From a virus (lineage: Duplodnaviria; Caudoviricetes): a stretch of DNA of 64,000 nucleotides. This document shows positions 1 through 8,601 of this stretch, in pieces. The number at the start of each line of letters is the position of its first letter. The first letter of the stretch is position 1. The stretch lies in IMG/VR virus record IMGVR_UViG_3300028603_000001, positions 1 to 64,000 of that record; one strand, given 5' to 3'. The notes under the pieces are model-generated. The model did no database searches, had not been told where the DNA came from, and was given only the letters and a program-made list of their open reading frames with translations. Made by a program: the position numbers and the translations under genes.

Positions 1-6
1 TATAAA

Positions 7-24
7 TAAGGGATTACCCCTTTT
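7..24 (-). terminator. Probable intrinsic terminator after the tRNA cluster
   Basis: Minus strand AAGGG-GTAAT-CCCTT hairpin followed by ATTT, just after the last tRNA. Confidence 0.45.
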
Positions 25-28
25 AAAT

Positions 29-102
29 TGGAAGTATAGGCGAGAATTGAACTCGCACTCTCACATTGGCAATGTGAAGTTCTACCATTAAACTACTACA
101 CC
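29..102 (-). tRNA. tRNA-Gly(GCC)
   Basis: Cloverleaf; anticodon arm TCACA-TTGCCAA-TGTGA; T-loop TTCAATT; U discriminator; encoded CCA. Confidence 0.9.
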
Positions 103-105
103 ATA

Positions 106-180
106 TGGAAGGGATAGTCGGCAACGATCCGACAACACCGACTTGGAAGGCCAGTATTTTGCCAATTAAACTATATCCCC
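106..180 (-). tRNA. tRNA-Gly(TCC)
   Basis: Acceptor GGGGATA/TATCCCT; anticodon loop CT-TCC-AA; encoded CCA; slightly atypical T-loop. Confidence 0.85.
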
Positions 181-190
181 ATATTTTGAA

Positions 191-264
191 TGGTCAGGGT
201 GAGAGGTTTCGAACCTCTGCTCAAAGCGTCCAAGGCTTTGCGACTACCATTATCATACACCCTG
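191..264 (-). tRNA. tRNA-Pro(TGG)
   Basis: Acceptor CAGGGTG/CACCCTG; loop CT-TGG-AC; GGTTCGAAAC T-arm; CCA. Confidence 0.92.
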
Positions 265-273
265 ATAATATGG

Positions 274-326
274 CCCACCCTAGTATACATTGTTAAGAGG
301 TCTTGGTGGGATCTATTTTAAATAAC
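274..326 (-). ncRNA. Candidate minimal HDV-like (theta) ribozyme in the 3' trailer of tRNA(CAT); possibly degenerate
   Basis: G1 directly follows the tRNA CCA; P1 GTTATT/AACAAT with G1-U wobble; P2 CCCACC/GGTGGG; short P3/L3 AA-GACCTC-TT; J4/2 ACTAG; no P4. Confidence 0.4.
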
Positions 327-401
327 TGGTGGACCCGGCTGGATTCGAACCAACAACCACCCCGTTATGAGCGGGGAGCTCTGCCATTAAGCTACGGGTC
401 C
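327..401 (-). tRNA. tRNA-Ile2/Met(CAT)
   Basis: Anticodon arm CCCCG-CTCATAA-CGGGG; GGACCCG acceptor resembles Firmicutes tRNA-Ile2; CCA. Confidence 0.9.
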
Positions 402-407
402 ATTAAA

Positions 408-484
408 TGGCACGCTTAGCATGATTCGAACACGCATCATTCTGTTTCGAAGACAGATACTTTATCCAATTAAGCTATAAGCGC
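408..484 (-). tRNA. tRNA-Arg(TCG)
   Basis: Anticodon arm TCTGT-CTTCGAA-ACAGA; GTTCGAATC T-loop; GCCA end. Confidence 0.9.
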
Positions 485-584
485 ATTTTATGGTTGATTA
501 TTATTTTCTTGTATCTGTATTTGTGTTCGTATTTATGTTTCTTTTGCTTCTTTCCTCGCGCACAAAACAAACATATACATATGA

Positions 585-659
585 TGGCAAGGGTAAGAGG
601 AATTGAACCCCTATCAGTAGTTTTGGAGGCTACCGCTTTACCTTTTAAGCTATACCCCT
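585..659 (-). tRNA. tRNA-Trp(CCA)
   Basis: AGGGGTA acceptor; loop CT-CCA-AA; GCCA end. Confidence 0.92.
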
Positions 660-886
660 ATTTAAAATTAAAATTAAATATTAATCTCTTTTCTCTTTAA
701 GTTTAAATTGTATGAAATAGAAGGTGATAGGTTTGTATTTTTTGTGCTACCTATCAAAACACAGGTAAAGATAATAAACTAATAATTATCTATTTACCAA
801 TCTATCTTCCGTCCCCTTTTAATGTGTTTAGAGAGAGATTAAATATAGCATAACTTAATAATTCTATACATTTCTCTCACATATAT

Positions 887-897
887 ATTATACAATT
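887..897 (-). promoter_or_regulatory. AATTGTATAAT promoter-like motif upstream of the tRNA cluster
   Basis: Member of the recurring AATTGTAT motif; contains TATAAT. Confidence 0.55.
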
Positions 898-1008
898 AGT
901 TTAACAAATTATAACTTTCTACATAAAATAAAATAAAAAAATATATGTATGTAACCTTCTTCTAACGCACGCATATATACGCATATATAAATATAAATAC
1001 ACGCGATT

Positions 1009-1038
1009 ATTATAGCCTCTAATTAATTAAAAAATCAA
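1009..1038 (-). promoter_or_regulatory. Sigma70/sigmaA-type promoter TTGATT-N18-TATAAT
   Basis: Near-consensus -35, perfect -10, oriented toward the tRNAs. Confidence 0.55.
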
Positions 1039-1479
1039 CTTTTTTCTATTATCTGCATAAATAAATTAAATGTGTGGAGAAATAAAATACTTTTACATAC
1101 AAATATAAATATAACTATAGAACATATTCAACCTTAAGCAGTTAAGCATTCAAGAGAGTAAGCGTTCAATGGTTCAATATTATTTCTCTCACCATAATAT
1201 AAAAATAAAATAAAAATAAAAAAAGTCTTACACAGAATAAATAAGTAAGATTTTTTATTTTCTCCCCTCTATATGAAGAGTCTATTAGCTATTACACGTT
1301 ACACGCTATATGTAAGCGCATATTTAAAAAATCAACGCGCTATGCGCTAACTCTCATCTTGCATCTTGAAAGAAGCGTCTATCTGAGAGAGAACATGCAA
1401 GAATATGCGATGTCCTGTGCAGTCGGTCTATGAGTCAATGCTCACAGAATTTAGCTATGGTGTATTATTATATTTTTTT

Positions 1480-1770
1480 TATAGTTTTTACAGCTTCTAC
1501 ATACTTCTACCTATAGCTCTCACATGCTTTACATACATTGCATAGCTTTTACATATACTTCTACGTACCACATACATCTACGTACACTTTACACATAATA
1601 CATATACTCCACATACTTTTACAGCTCTCACAGCTTCTACTACTCTCATATGGCTCTTCTATAGCTTTTACATACATTGCATAGCGCACATATCTCACAC
1701 ATCGCATACTTTCATAGCTTTTACATATCATATATAATGTGCACATAACTTTTATACCTACTGCACAGCT
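1480..1770. repeat. Degenerate short-period (~9 nt) tandem repeat (catagcttt/cacagcttc/tacatactt)
   Basis: Many imperfect copies; exact duplication of gcttt(t)acatacattgcatagc. Confidence 0.6.
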
Positions 1771-1771
1771 T

Positions 1772-1987
1772 TTACTTCTTTTTCCTATCTAATATTATTC
1801 TACCATATGCCCAGTGATAAATTAACTTATCGCATCTAACACATCTTTTAGCAATCTCAACTGGACTTACTACACCGTGTACCTCTTCATTATACACTTG
1901 TGTAAGTATGATGTGTCCTAATATTAGACAACCCAATCTCTTAAATAGGTTTAATATCTTTTTAAATATGCTCTTTTTTAAAAACAT
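1772..1987 (-). CDS. Hypothetical protein (CxxC)
   Basis: ORF at the end of the operon. Confidence 0.5.
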   Translation of the reverse strand: MFLKKSIFKKILNLFKRLGCLILGHIILTQVYNEEVHGVVSPVEIAKRCVRCDKLIYHWAYGRIILDRKKK

Positions 1988-2008
1988 TCTTATATCTCTT
2001 TCTATTGT

Positions 2009-2299
2009 CTATTGTTCTCCGATGATATGAACCAAAGAATGATGGTAAGATACAATTTCAACATAATAACTATATACGATTTTATCTTTATATTGTTCTG
2101 TTAAATCATATAGATCGTAATGTGGAATTACACCTTCGAAGTCTTCACTTAGATGTAGAGCAATATAATTAGGATTTGTGTCTGTGTCATCATAAATAAC
2201 TTTATTATTAAAAGTGATTTTTATCGCACCTAATCCTTCAATAACATCTTTTACTGTTATTTTACTGTCGATTCTTGAAATTAATTTATTCTTATTCAT
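2009..2299 (-). CDS. Hypothetical protein
   Basis: ORF with AAAGGA SD. Confidence 0.7.
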   Translation of the reverse strand: MNKNKLISRIDSKITVKDVIEGLGAIKITFNNKVIYDDTDTNPNYIALHLSEDFEGVIPHYDLYDLTEQYKDKIVYSYYVEIVSYHHSLVHIIGEQ

Positions 2300-2341
2300 T
2301 TCATTTGTCCTTTCTTTTACATGTAAATATGAATGCCCTTT

Positions 2342-3259
2342 TTATTTTAAGAATTTTTCGATATATTCTCTATTATCTTTAAAAACCGGAATATCGTAAT
2401 CAATACCCCACCTTCTTCTTGTAAACTTTATTTCCTTTTCTTGACCTTTTACTACAATTGTTTTTACTTCCTCTACAGGCTCTAATCTAGTTACTACCGA
2501 ACCTCTTCTTTCGGAAGTTGAATACCCTAATTCAAAATCAACCGATTTATCTTCTTTCATTCTCTCAATCATCTGTTTACCATTTAGACCTTGTAATGAT
2601 TTATGACTGAATAAAGATTGAGCTACCATGGATATAGAGTTCTTTATTGCATCTTGTTGTCTCCAAATGAAATAATTTATTACCTCATCTTCTGGTAAAA
2701 CAAAAGCTCTTGAGTCGAACAATGCCCCTTTAGTTGATGCAATCATATGCGAATTTCTTATGTTTCTTATAACACTTAACTCTTCTAGGGTTGGAATATC
2801 TGGAGGTGATTTTTCCCATTCACTAGATGCTTTACTAAAACTAAATGCTTGGTTAAATTTTAGTGTTGCCATAGATGCGGTAATTGAAACAAGTTTGTTT
2901 AGGTTGTTGTCAAACCACGCAGATTGTTCTGAGTTATTCAACTTAAAAGGTGTCACTAAAACTGATATTTCATCTGATTGGTGATACGCCATTTGTGCAC
3001 CGGGTATATTCTCTACTAAATACTTTGCTGTTTCTTCCATACAGGATTTCAGTAGTCTATCAAAAGGCTTCTTAAAACCCCTAGTAAAAGTATGAAACGC
3101 ATTTCCATCGATCCTTATTATAATGCAGTTATCTTTAGGGAGGTAGAATCTAGTCAGATTTTCATATTCCTTCATTCTGTTTCCTAAAGATTTTGTTTCG
3201 TCCATTACATTAATTTTTTCTAGTTCCTTATCTAGATTTAAGATGTTCTTCTTAATCAT
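2342..3259 (-). CDS. thg1: Thg1-like tRNA(His) guanylyltransferase / 3'-5' RNA polymerase
   Basis: Motifs RMKEYE, IRIDGNAFHTFT, QSDEIS, FDSR, YFIWRQQDAIKNSI. Confidence 0.93.
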   Translation of the reverse strand: MIKKNILNLDKELEKINVMDETKSLGNRMKEYENLTRFYLPKDNCIIIRIDGNAFHTFTRGFKKPFDRLLKSCMEETAKYLVENIPGAQMAYHQSDEISVLVTPFKLNNSEQSAWFDNNLNKLVSITASMATLKFNQAFSFSKASSEWEKSPPDIPTLEELSVIRNIRNSHMIASTKGALFDSRAFVLPEDEVINYFIWRQQDAIKNSISMVAQSLFSHKSLQGLNGKQMIERMKEDKSVDFELGYSTSERRGSVVTRLEPVEEVKTIVVKGQEKEIKFTRRRWGIDYDIPVFKDNREYIEKFLK

Positions 3260-3285
3260 ATTTTGTCTCCCTCTTTGTTAATGAC

Positions 3286-3489
3286 TCAGACTTTAATCGT
3301 CGATTTCTTTATTTTCTTCAAAAACTTCTTAACGTCACTACCATTTATATCAGTAGAATTAATTTGTTTCTGTGAATGTTTTTTGGGTGCCACCATAGAT
3401 TTTTCAATAGCTTTTACAAATTTTTTTACAGATTTACTGTCAGAAAATATAATATTTTCCATTATACTTTGTGTTGCCATATCATTCAC
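3286..3489 (-). CDS. Hypothetical basic protein
   Basis: ORF with GAGGTG SD. Confidence 0.6.
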   Translation of the reverse strand: MNDMATQSIMENIIFSDSKSVKKFVKAIEKSMVAPKKHSQKQINSTDINGSDVKKFLKKIKKSTIKV

Positions 3490-3536
3490 CTCTTTATATT
3501 CTTATTTCTTTATTTAGTTAATGTTTTTCTTTTTGT

Positions 3537-3764
3537 TTATCTATCTATATCTGTTTTATTTTCTTGTTTTCCTAAATCGTATATTGAATTGATAAAATCT
3601 AATAATATTGGTTTCTGAACGTTTTCTATGTAACCTTTTTCTGCACCGTAATTGTAAATATAATTATAGAGAGTTTCTGCTTCATATTGGCCTAAATTTT
3701 CTACCTCTTCAATGGTTTTAAATCTGCTGTTTTCTGTTATATGTGCTTTCATATTATTTGTCAT
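3537..3764 (-). CDS. Hypothetical protein
   Basis: Co-oriented ORF with SD. Confidence 0.65.
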   Translation of the reverse strand: MTNNMKAHITENSRFKTIEEVENLGQYEAETLYNYIYNYGAEKGYIENVQKPILLDFINSIYDLGKQENKTDIDR

Positions 3765-3767
3765 TAT

Positions 3768-4028
3768 CTATTCAACCTCTACTAATTCATAATAGACAGA
3801 ATCATTTATACTATTAACTATTTCACGAATCACATCATCTTCACTATCATCAACATCAAACTCATTCCAGATATATTCTAACCACTCACCGTGGTCAATT
3901 CCGTCTTGAATTCTATCTTCTAGTGTGTTAATAATATCTTTAACTGTAAAATATTTATTTTTCTTTAATTTAGTTTCATCAATTGTAATAATAATTTTTT
4001 TCATCTTATAACGCTCCCTTAAAACCAT
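3768..4028 (-). CDS. Hypothetical protein
   Basis: Co-oriented ORF. Confidence 0.65.
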   Translation of the reverse strand: MVLRERYKMKKIIITIDETKLKKNKYFTVKDIINTLEDRIQDGIDHGEWLEYIWNEFDVDDSEDDVIREIVNSINDSVYYELVEVE

Positions 4029-4077
4029 TTATACCAAATTGCTTTTAATGTTCTTTTCCATTCACCATTCTTATTTA

Positions 4078-4911
4078 TTATACTCGTACTACATTAAACA
4101 TATCTTTAATATCACTCATCAAATCATATCTATCAACAGCTGTTGATGACCTAGCAAATTTCTTTTCTACAAGGTCTGCGTACATAGTTGCAGCTCCGTC
4201 ATCTCCCATGTAAAATTCGTTCCATTCTTTGGTTGATAAAATATCTTTTACACACAATTGTTTAATAGCTAAGTTATCAAATGATACAACATCAAACCAG
4301 TTTTCATCTAAAATATTTATTAAGTTATTTTTTAGTATGGAAATTTTAGCTTCAATTTCATCTGAAAGCTTCTTATATAAATCAGCACCGCGTCTAAACA
4401 CTTTGTACCCTAAGATTAAAATCTTAAAATTATTGCCAGATAATTTTTTTAAATCTTCAATATTAATTAAGCCAGCTATAATATGAAGTACTGCGTTTGG
4501 AAATTGTTTTACTTGTTCTATAAATTTATCATCAATATGCATTACAGATATGCCTAAGCCATAAATTAATTTATTATCAACTAAATGCTTAACAAAATCT
4601 AAATTTTTTTGTAAATGAGTTTGGTTGATAGTCATTGAAGGAATTAATTTTAATTTTTTACATTTCTCTAGAAATGAAATTAGGTCTGGGTGTTCTAATG
4701 GATTACCTCCGCCAATAGCTAATTCTGTAAAAGGATGTAATCTGTCAATAAATTCTAGATTCATAATATCGCCATGTAATCCATCTTTTGTTGAATTTTC
4801 ATGGCAATTACTGACTAACACACCATTGCAGAAATAGTTATGGTTATCAGCCACTTCTACATTGTATACATAACCATTATAATCAACTTCTGTTATTGTT
4901 TTAATTTTCAT
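4078..4911 (-). CDS. Radical SAM protein, C-terminal part, preceded by a 35-aa split-intein C-half (IntC, 4807-4911)
   Basis: Starts MKIKT at 4911 with AAAGGA SD; intein blocks F/G VYNVEVADNHNYFCNGVLVSN|C; then CHENS and the GGGNPL SAM-binding motif. Confidence 0.9.
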   Translation of the reverse strand: MKIKTITEVDYNGYVYNVEVADNHNYFCNGVLVSNCHENSTKDGLHGDIMNLEFIDRLHPFTELAIGGGNPLEHPDLISFLEKCKKLKLIPSMTINQTHLQKNLDFVKHLVDNKLIYGLGISVMHIDDKFIEQVKQFPNAVLHIIAGLINIEDLKKLSGNNFKILILGYKVFRRGADLYKKLSDEIEAKISILKNNLINILDENWFDVVSFDNLAIKQLCVKDILSTKEWNEFYMGDDGAATMYADLVEKKFARSSTAVDRYDLMSDIKDMFNVVRV

Positions 4912-5857
4912 TTTGTATATCCTTTCTAAACTGACGGAAATGTTGATCGACTTCCGCGTGACATCTTTCACAAAGAACTTGGGCTAAATCGGTGTTTTCT
5001 TCATGATATTTTCTTAATTCATATATTAAAGAATCGAATTCTGCAGTGCCTACCCTTAGCTTAGATGGGGCAGTTCCAATTTTACGGCAACATTCAAAGA
5101 AAATATCTTTATATTTTCTTTTATGGTGATGAACCATCAATTTACCCTTATCATCGCCACATAATTCGCATTTGAAGTGAGCTCGTTTAAGCTCGCGGTC
5201 TTTCCATTTATATAGATATACTCTTGCAACTTCTTTGATATTAATATAAGCTTTCTTTGGTAGGTTGAATCGATTCTTCTTGCGGGTCTCTATGCTCTTT
5301 AAAACTACTTCTGGGCGCTTCATTGGATTATTAGCTAACATTTTATCTGATAGTAATTTTGAGACCTCTTCTTTAGTTCTTTTTGGACGAGATCTTTTTA
5401 ATAATATCTCAGCTTGTCGTTCTGGTGTAAGGCGTGCTTGTGATGGATTATTCAATTTCATTTTATTAGCGATATTTTGAAAATGTTGTTTTTTACATTC
5501 ATCGCAAGTTTTATACTTAATTATTTTAGATGTTTTTGTAACTTTAGCTTCTCTAGTGCCCAATAATTTGCTGCAACGTCTACATACTAATTGTTGAGTT
5601 ATAATTTGATATTTTGGTCTGCGCAACTCCATTTTGCATTTATGGCACATATTATGGTATTCACCTTGTTGTTGCTTACTTATTTCATAGGAGTCACCGC
5701 AACGACTGCAAACACGAACTTCTACTTTATTATAAAGTTCTCGACTTTTAAATAAGCGATGTTTGTGCCGACATTCTGGTTTAGTGCAGCTAACATTATC
5801 TTTTCGTGTAGCTTCATATTCTTCTCCACAATAGCGACATATTCTTATTTCTTTCAT
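4901..5857 (-). CDS. Free-standing HNH homing endonuclease with N-terminal Zn-finger repeats
   Basis: Multiple CxxC; C-terminal CELCG...LMVHH...VLCERCHAEV. Confidence 0.85.
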   Translation of the reverse strand: MKEIRICRYCGEEYEATRKDNVSCTKPECRHKHRLFKSRELYNKVEVRVCSRCGDSYEISKQQQGEYHNMCHKCKMELRRPKYQIITQQLVCRRCSKLLGTREAKVTKTSKIIKYKTCDECKKQHFQNIANKMKLNNPSQARLTPERQAEILLKRSRPKRTKEEVSKLLSDKMLANNPMKRPEVVLKSIETRKKNRFNLPKKAYINIKEVARVYLYKWKDRELKRAHFKCELCGDDKGKLMVHHHKRKYKDIFFECCRKIGTAPSKLRVGTAEFDSLIYELRKYHEENTDLAQVLCERCHAEVDQHFRQFRKDIQNEN

Positions 5858-5858
5858 A

Positions 5859-6305
5859 TTAAATAGTTAGTAAATCATCATCTAATGTTAATTTTGCAGC
5901 TTCTACATAACCCCTGTTTTGAGTAAATATTTTATGGTTAGGTGTGCACTCTATAGTGCGATTATCTGCTAAAGTAATTTTTATTAGTTTTCCGCTATAT
6001 TTTCTTTTATACGTTTTAACTACTTCCTTTATTTCCAAATCTGCTTTCTCTTCATTATAGGATAATAGCTCAAGACCAGGTTGAATACCGCGAATAGCTT
6101 TTGATTTACTGTCTCCTTTAATTAATTTAGCATTAGGAGGGAAACAGAATATACACCCCATATCACATTTATTTGTAATTTTTAGATCCATTGATTCTGG
6201 AAAATCAGCTCTAAAATGATCTAAATCATTTTCTCTGATTTTTGTCCCATCTGAAAATAGTGTTACTGTATAATTACCATTTTTATATTTTCCCAATAAC
6301 TTCAT
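5859..6305 (-). CDS. Radical SAM protein, N-terminal part, fused to a 95-aa split-intein N-half (IntN, 5862-6146)
   Basis: KITNKCDMGCIF|CFPPNAKL (block A) ... IECTPNHKIF (block B TxxH) ... AAKLTLDDDLL*. Confidence 0.9.
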   Translation of the reverse strand: MKLLGKYKNGNYTVTLFSDGTKIRENDLDHFRADFPESMDLKITNKCDMGCIFCFPPNAKLIKGDSKSKAIRGIQPGLELLSYNEEKADLEIKEVVKTYKRKYSGKLIKITLADNRTIECTPNHKIFTQNRGYVEAAKLTLDDDLLTI

Positions 6306-6330
6306 TGTTTCCTCTTTAATACTTTTTTAA

Positions 6331-6675
6331 TTATCCATCATAACCATATTTAGCGACTGCTTTTATTACATCACCACCTGGTGTTTCATATTCATATGTG
6401 TCAACTTCAAGACTGTCTGTATCTATAAATTCATCATAAGTACAGAACGAATAAGTATCTCTCTCATAATCAATTTTTTCATAATATGCATCTACTACAT
6501 CTTTCGGATAGAAATTTCCTGTTTTAAAGCCAGCTTCTCTTATTTGTCCATAAGAACTTTGACAGTAATAGGTAGTACCATCTTCCCATTTGTTAAAATC
6601 ATTTGCAATTGCCATAACCAAGCTGTGTGTGCTTGAACTGTTTGTTTCAAAAACATTATGTCTGATTTGTCTCAT
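6331..6675 (-). CDS. Conserved phage protein with FETNSSSTHS motif
   Basis: MRQIRHNVFETNSSSTHSL N-terminus; start reassigned to 6675 (AAAGGA SD). Confidence 0.75.
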   Translation of the reverse strand: MRQIRHNVFETNSSSTHSLVMAIANDFNKWEDGTTYYCQSSYGQIREAGFKTGNFYPKDVVDAYYEKIDYERDTYSFCTYDEFIDTDSLEVDTYEYETPGGDVIKAVAKYGYDG

Positions 6676-6837
6676 TTTTTTTATTTTTCCTTTCTTTTTT
6701 TTAACTTTAATCAAATAAAGCTTCAATGTTTTTTTCTTTTATCTTCCGCTCAACTTAATTCAACTCAATTCAATATTAAGCGTCCTATAAAAAGTATTCA
6801 TATGTATGTCCATTTTCTAAAGTATGTATATATATCT

Positions 6838-7125
6838 TTATTTAGTTAATGTTTCTCTTAGAGCTGAAAATAATTCATTCATACCATTTTCTAATGTAGG
6901 TCGAGAGTTTAAAGATGTAATTATAAGTTCATCAACAAGATCAATCAAATAATCTAATTGTCTATCTCTTTTATTATCAGAACATTTACTTAATTCTCTT
7001 ATATACATTAACCTTGGTTTTAACCACTCTAAAAACGCAACATCTATATTTTGTCCTTCATAATGTAACCATTTTTTCTCAAATTTTGCTTTTTCTTTAT
7101 AATATTTTCGTTTGTTTAATTTCAT
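6838..7125 (-). CDS. Hypothetical protein
   Basis: ORF downstream of AATTGTAT motif and SD. Confidence 0.65.
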   Translation of the reverse strand: MKLNKRKYYKEKAKFEKKWLHYEGQNIDVAFLEWLKPRLMYIRELSKCSDNKRDRQLDYLIDLVDELIITSLNSRPTLENGMNELFSALRETLTK

Positions 7126-7151
7126 TACATTATACTCTCCCTTCTATTTAA

Positions 7152-7160
7152 TATACAATT
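7152..7160 (-). promoter_or_regulatory. AATTGTATA promoter-like motif
   Basis: Recurring motif; upstream of the rSAM/Thg1 operon. Confidence 0.55.
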
Positions 7161-7196
7161 TATATTTTCTTATAGCTATTTTTCTCTAAAGAAACT

Positions 7197-7412
7197 TTAT
7201 ATCCATCCTTCTTCTTTCATATACAATGTTATGGCTTCATAATCTGCAGTAAGAAGATGTTTTTTTCGAGTACAAGAAACCCAAAACTCTTTCTCGTCGT
7301 TGTAAAATACTATATGCCTTCCATCGCAAATAAAATGTGTTTCTTTTCTTTCAAAACCAATTTCATAATAGTCATAACCTAATTTTTCAAACATTTTTCT
7401 TGCGTTTAACAT
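7197..7412 (-). CDS. Hypothetical protein
   Basis: GGAGG SD. Confidence 0.7.
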   Translation of the reverse strand: MLNARKMFEKLGYDYYEIGFERKETHFICDGRHIVFYNDEKEFWVSCTRKKHLLTADYEAITLYMKEEGWI

Positions 7413-7481
7413 TTTATTTATCCTCCATTTATACCATTTTAGTTTGTTATTAACTTCATAACAAACATATTTTAAATATTA

Positions 7482-7922
7482 TTATTTATATACTACCGTT
7501 ACTCTATCATCTAATAACTCTTCAATAGCAAACTTAACTGTATTAAAATCTAATTTACCATTACCAACACCCGGCATATTTAACAGCACACTCTTTACAT
7601 CATGCTTGTTTATAATATCCATTAGTTCTTTACAACTTTTTCTTATTAGGTTAATATCTGCTTCTTCATACCAATTGTGTTTAACAGGAAATGCACATAG
7701 TATAGTGTTTCTTATTTTATCAATAGATTGCACCTTATTACCATTCTCCTTTAGTTTATCACCTAACATAGTAGGTAATTGAGGATACTTAATAGCAGCC
7801 TCTTTAGCAATTCCACGTCCCATTACAGCATCACCATTTTTCTTAACAAAACCATTAGTAGTTATGCAAGCAACTTCAAACTCATCTATTATTGACCAAA
7901 AGTCTTTTCTAATTAATTTCAT
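7482..7922 (-). CDS. Macro domain (ADP-ribose binding/hydrolase) protein
   Basis: ITTNG...VMGRGIAKEA, FPVKHNW, PGVGNGKL motifs. Confidence 0.85.
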   Translation of the reverse strand: MKLIRKDFWSIIDEFEVACITTNGFVKKNGDAVMGRGIAKEAAIKYPQLPTMLGDKLKENGNKVQSIDKIRNTILCAFPVKHNWYEEADINLIRKSCKELMDIINKHDVKSVLLNMPGVGNGKLDFNTVKFAIEELLDDRVTVVYK

Positions 7923-8001
7923 TATAATTTTTCCTTTTTTATTTGTATACTACAGTTACTTTTTACATCAGTTATTTTGTCTTTCTTAGCTGTAATGTAA
8001 C

Positions 8002-8601
8002 TTACTCTTCTTCTTTAAACAATTCTTTTGCTTCTTCTCTAGTAATTACATTACCTTCTTTGTCTAAATAGACATATTCAGGTTCTAGTGGAACTTTAAA
8101 TGGGAATGTAACTGGAACAGAACTTCCGCCTTTGCCATACCATGAACGACCACCATTATTACTAAATACTTTTCCATCATTATAATGAGCTGTAGAATTA
8201 TCGAAGTTTTCTCTAAAAACAGCACTGCATCTTTTATTTTGTTGAAGTTTTCTTTCTTTGTCCCATTCTTTAACTTCAGACCACTCATCATCTTCACCAG
8301 TTAACGGCTTAATAGGTTTATAAGCTAACAATCTTTTAATCAAGTTTAGTGTATAACTAGCACTGAAACCGCTATGCCCCTCATTACAAAACTCTTTAAC
8401 TATGTTCATAACATTGTTAGTTATTGATTTTTGCATCATCAGTTCGTCTTTATCTTCGCATCCGACTTCTAAAAGTTCTAATTCTCTTCTAGCCCATTTT
8501 TCCATCTCACTGGGTTGTTTTCTCAATTTACGAAGTTGCCACCAACTTTTAATTCTTTTAAATAAATTTTGTTTTTTAGGTTTTAATTCACCACAGTTCA
8601 T
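8002..8601 (-). CDS. Conserved phage hypothetical protein (EGHSGFSA motif)
   Basis: Recognisable phage family motifs GHSGFSA, PLTGEDDEW, QNKRCS. Confidence 0.75.
   Translation of the reverse strand: MNCGELKPKKQNLFKRIKSWWQLRKLRKQPSEMEKWARRELELLEVGCEDKDELMMQKSITNNVMNIVKEFCNEGHSGFSASYTLNLIKRLLAYKPIKPLTGEDDEWSEVKEWDKERKLQQNKRCSAVFRENFDNSTAHYNDGKVFSNNGGRSWYGKGGSSVPVTFPFKVPLEPEYVYLDKEGNVITREEAKELFKEEE

Noticed and set aside
105-700. Plus-strand ORFs 105-296 and 494-700
   Set aside because: Antisense to well-formed tRNAs
1561-1746. 61-aa Cys/Tyr-rich ORF
   Set aside because: Composition is explained by the degenerate repeat; no SD
1480-1770. Possible CRISPR array
   Set aside because: No constant repeat with unique spacers; no cas genes in the window
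4901-5857. Group I intron carrying the HNH gene
   Set aside because: No non-coding flanks for a ribozyme core; ORFs abut or overlap, and the intein halves explain the break
8085-8297. Nested minus-strand ORFs 8085-8297 and 31255-31467
   Set aside because: Alternative frames inside longer, better-supported genes
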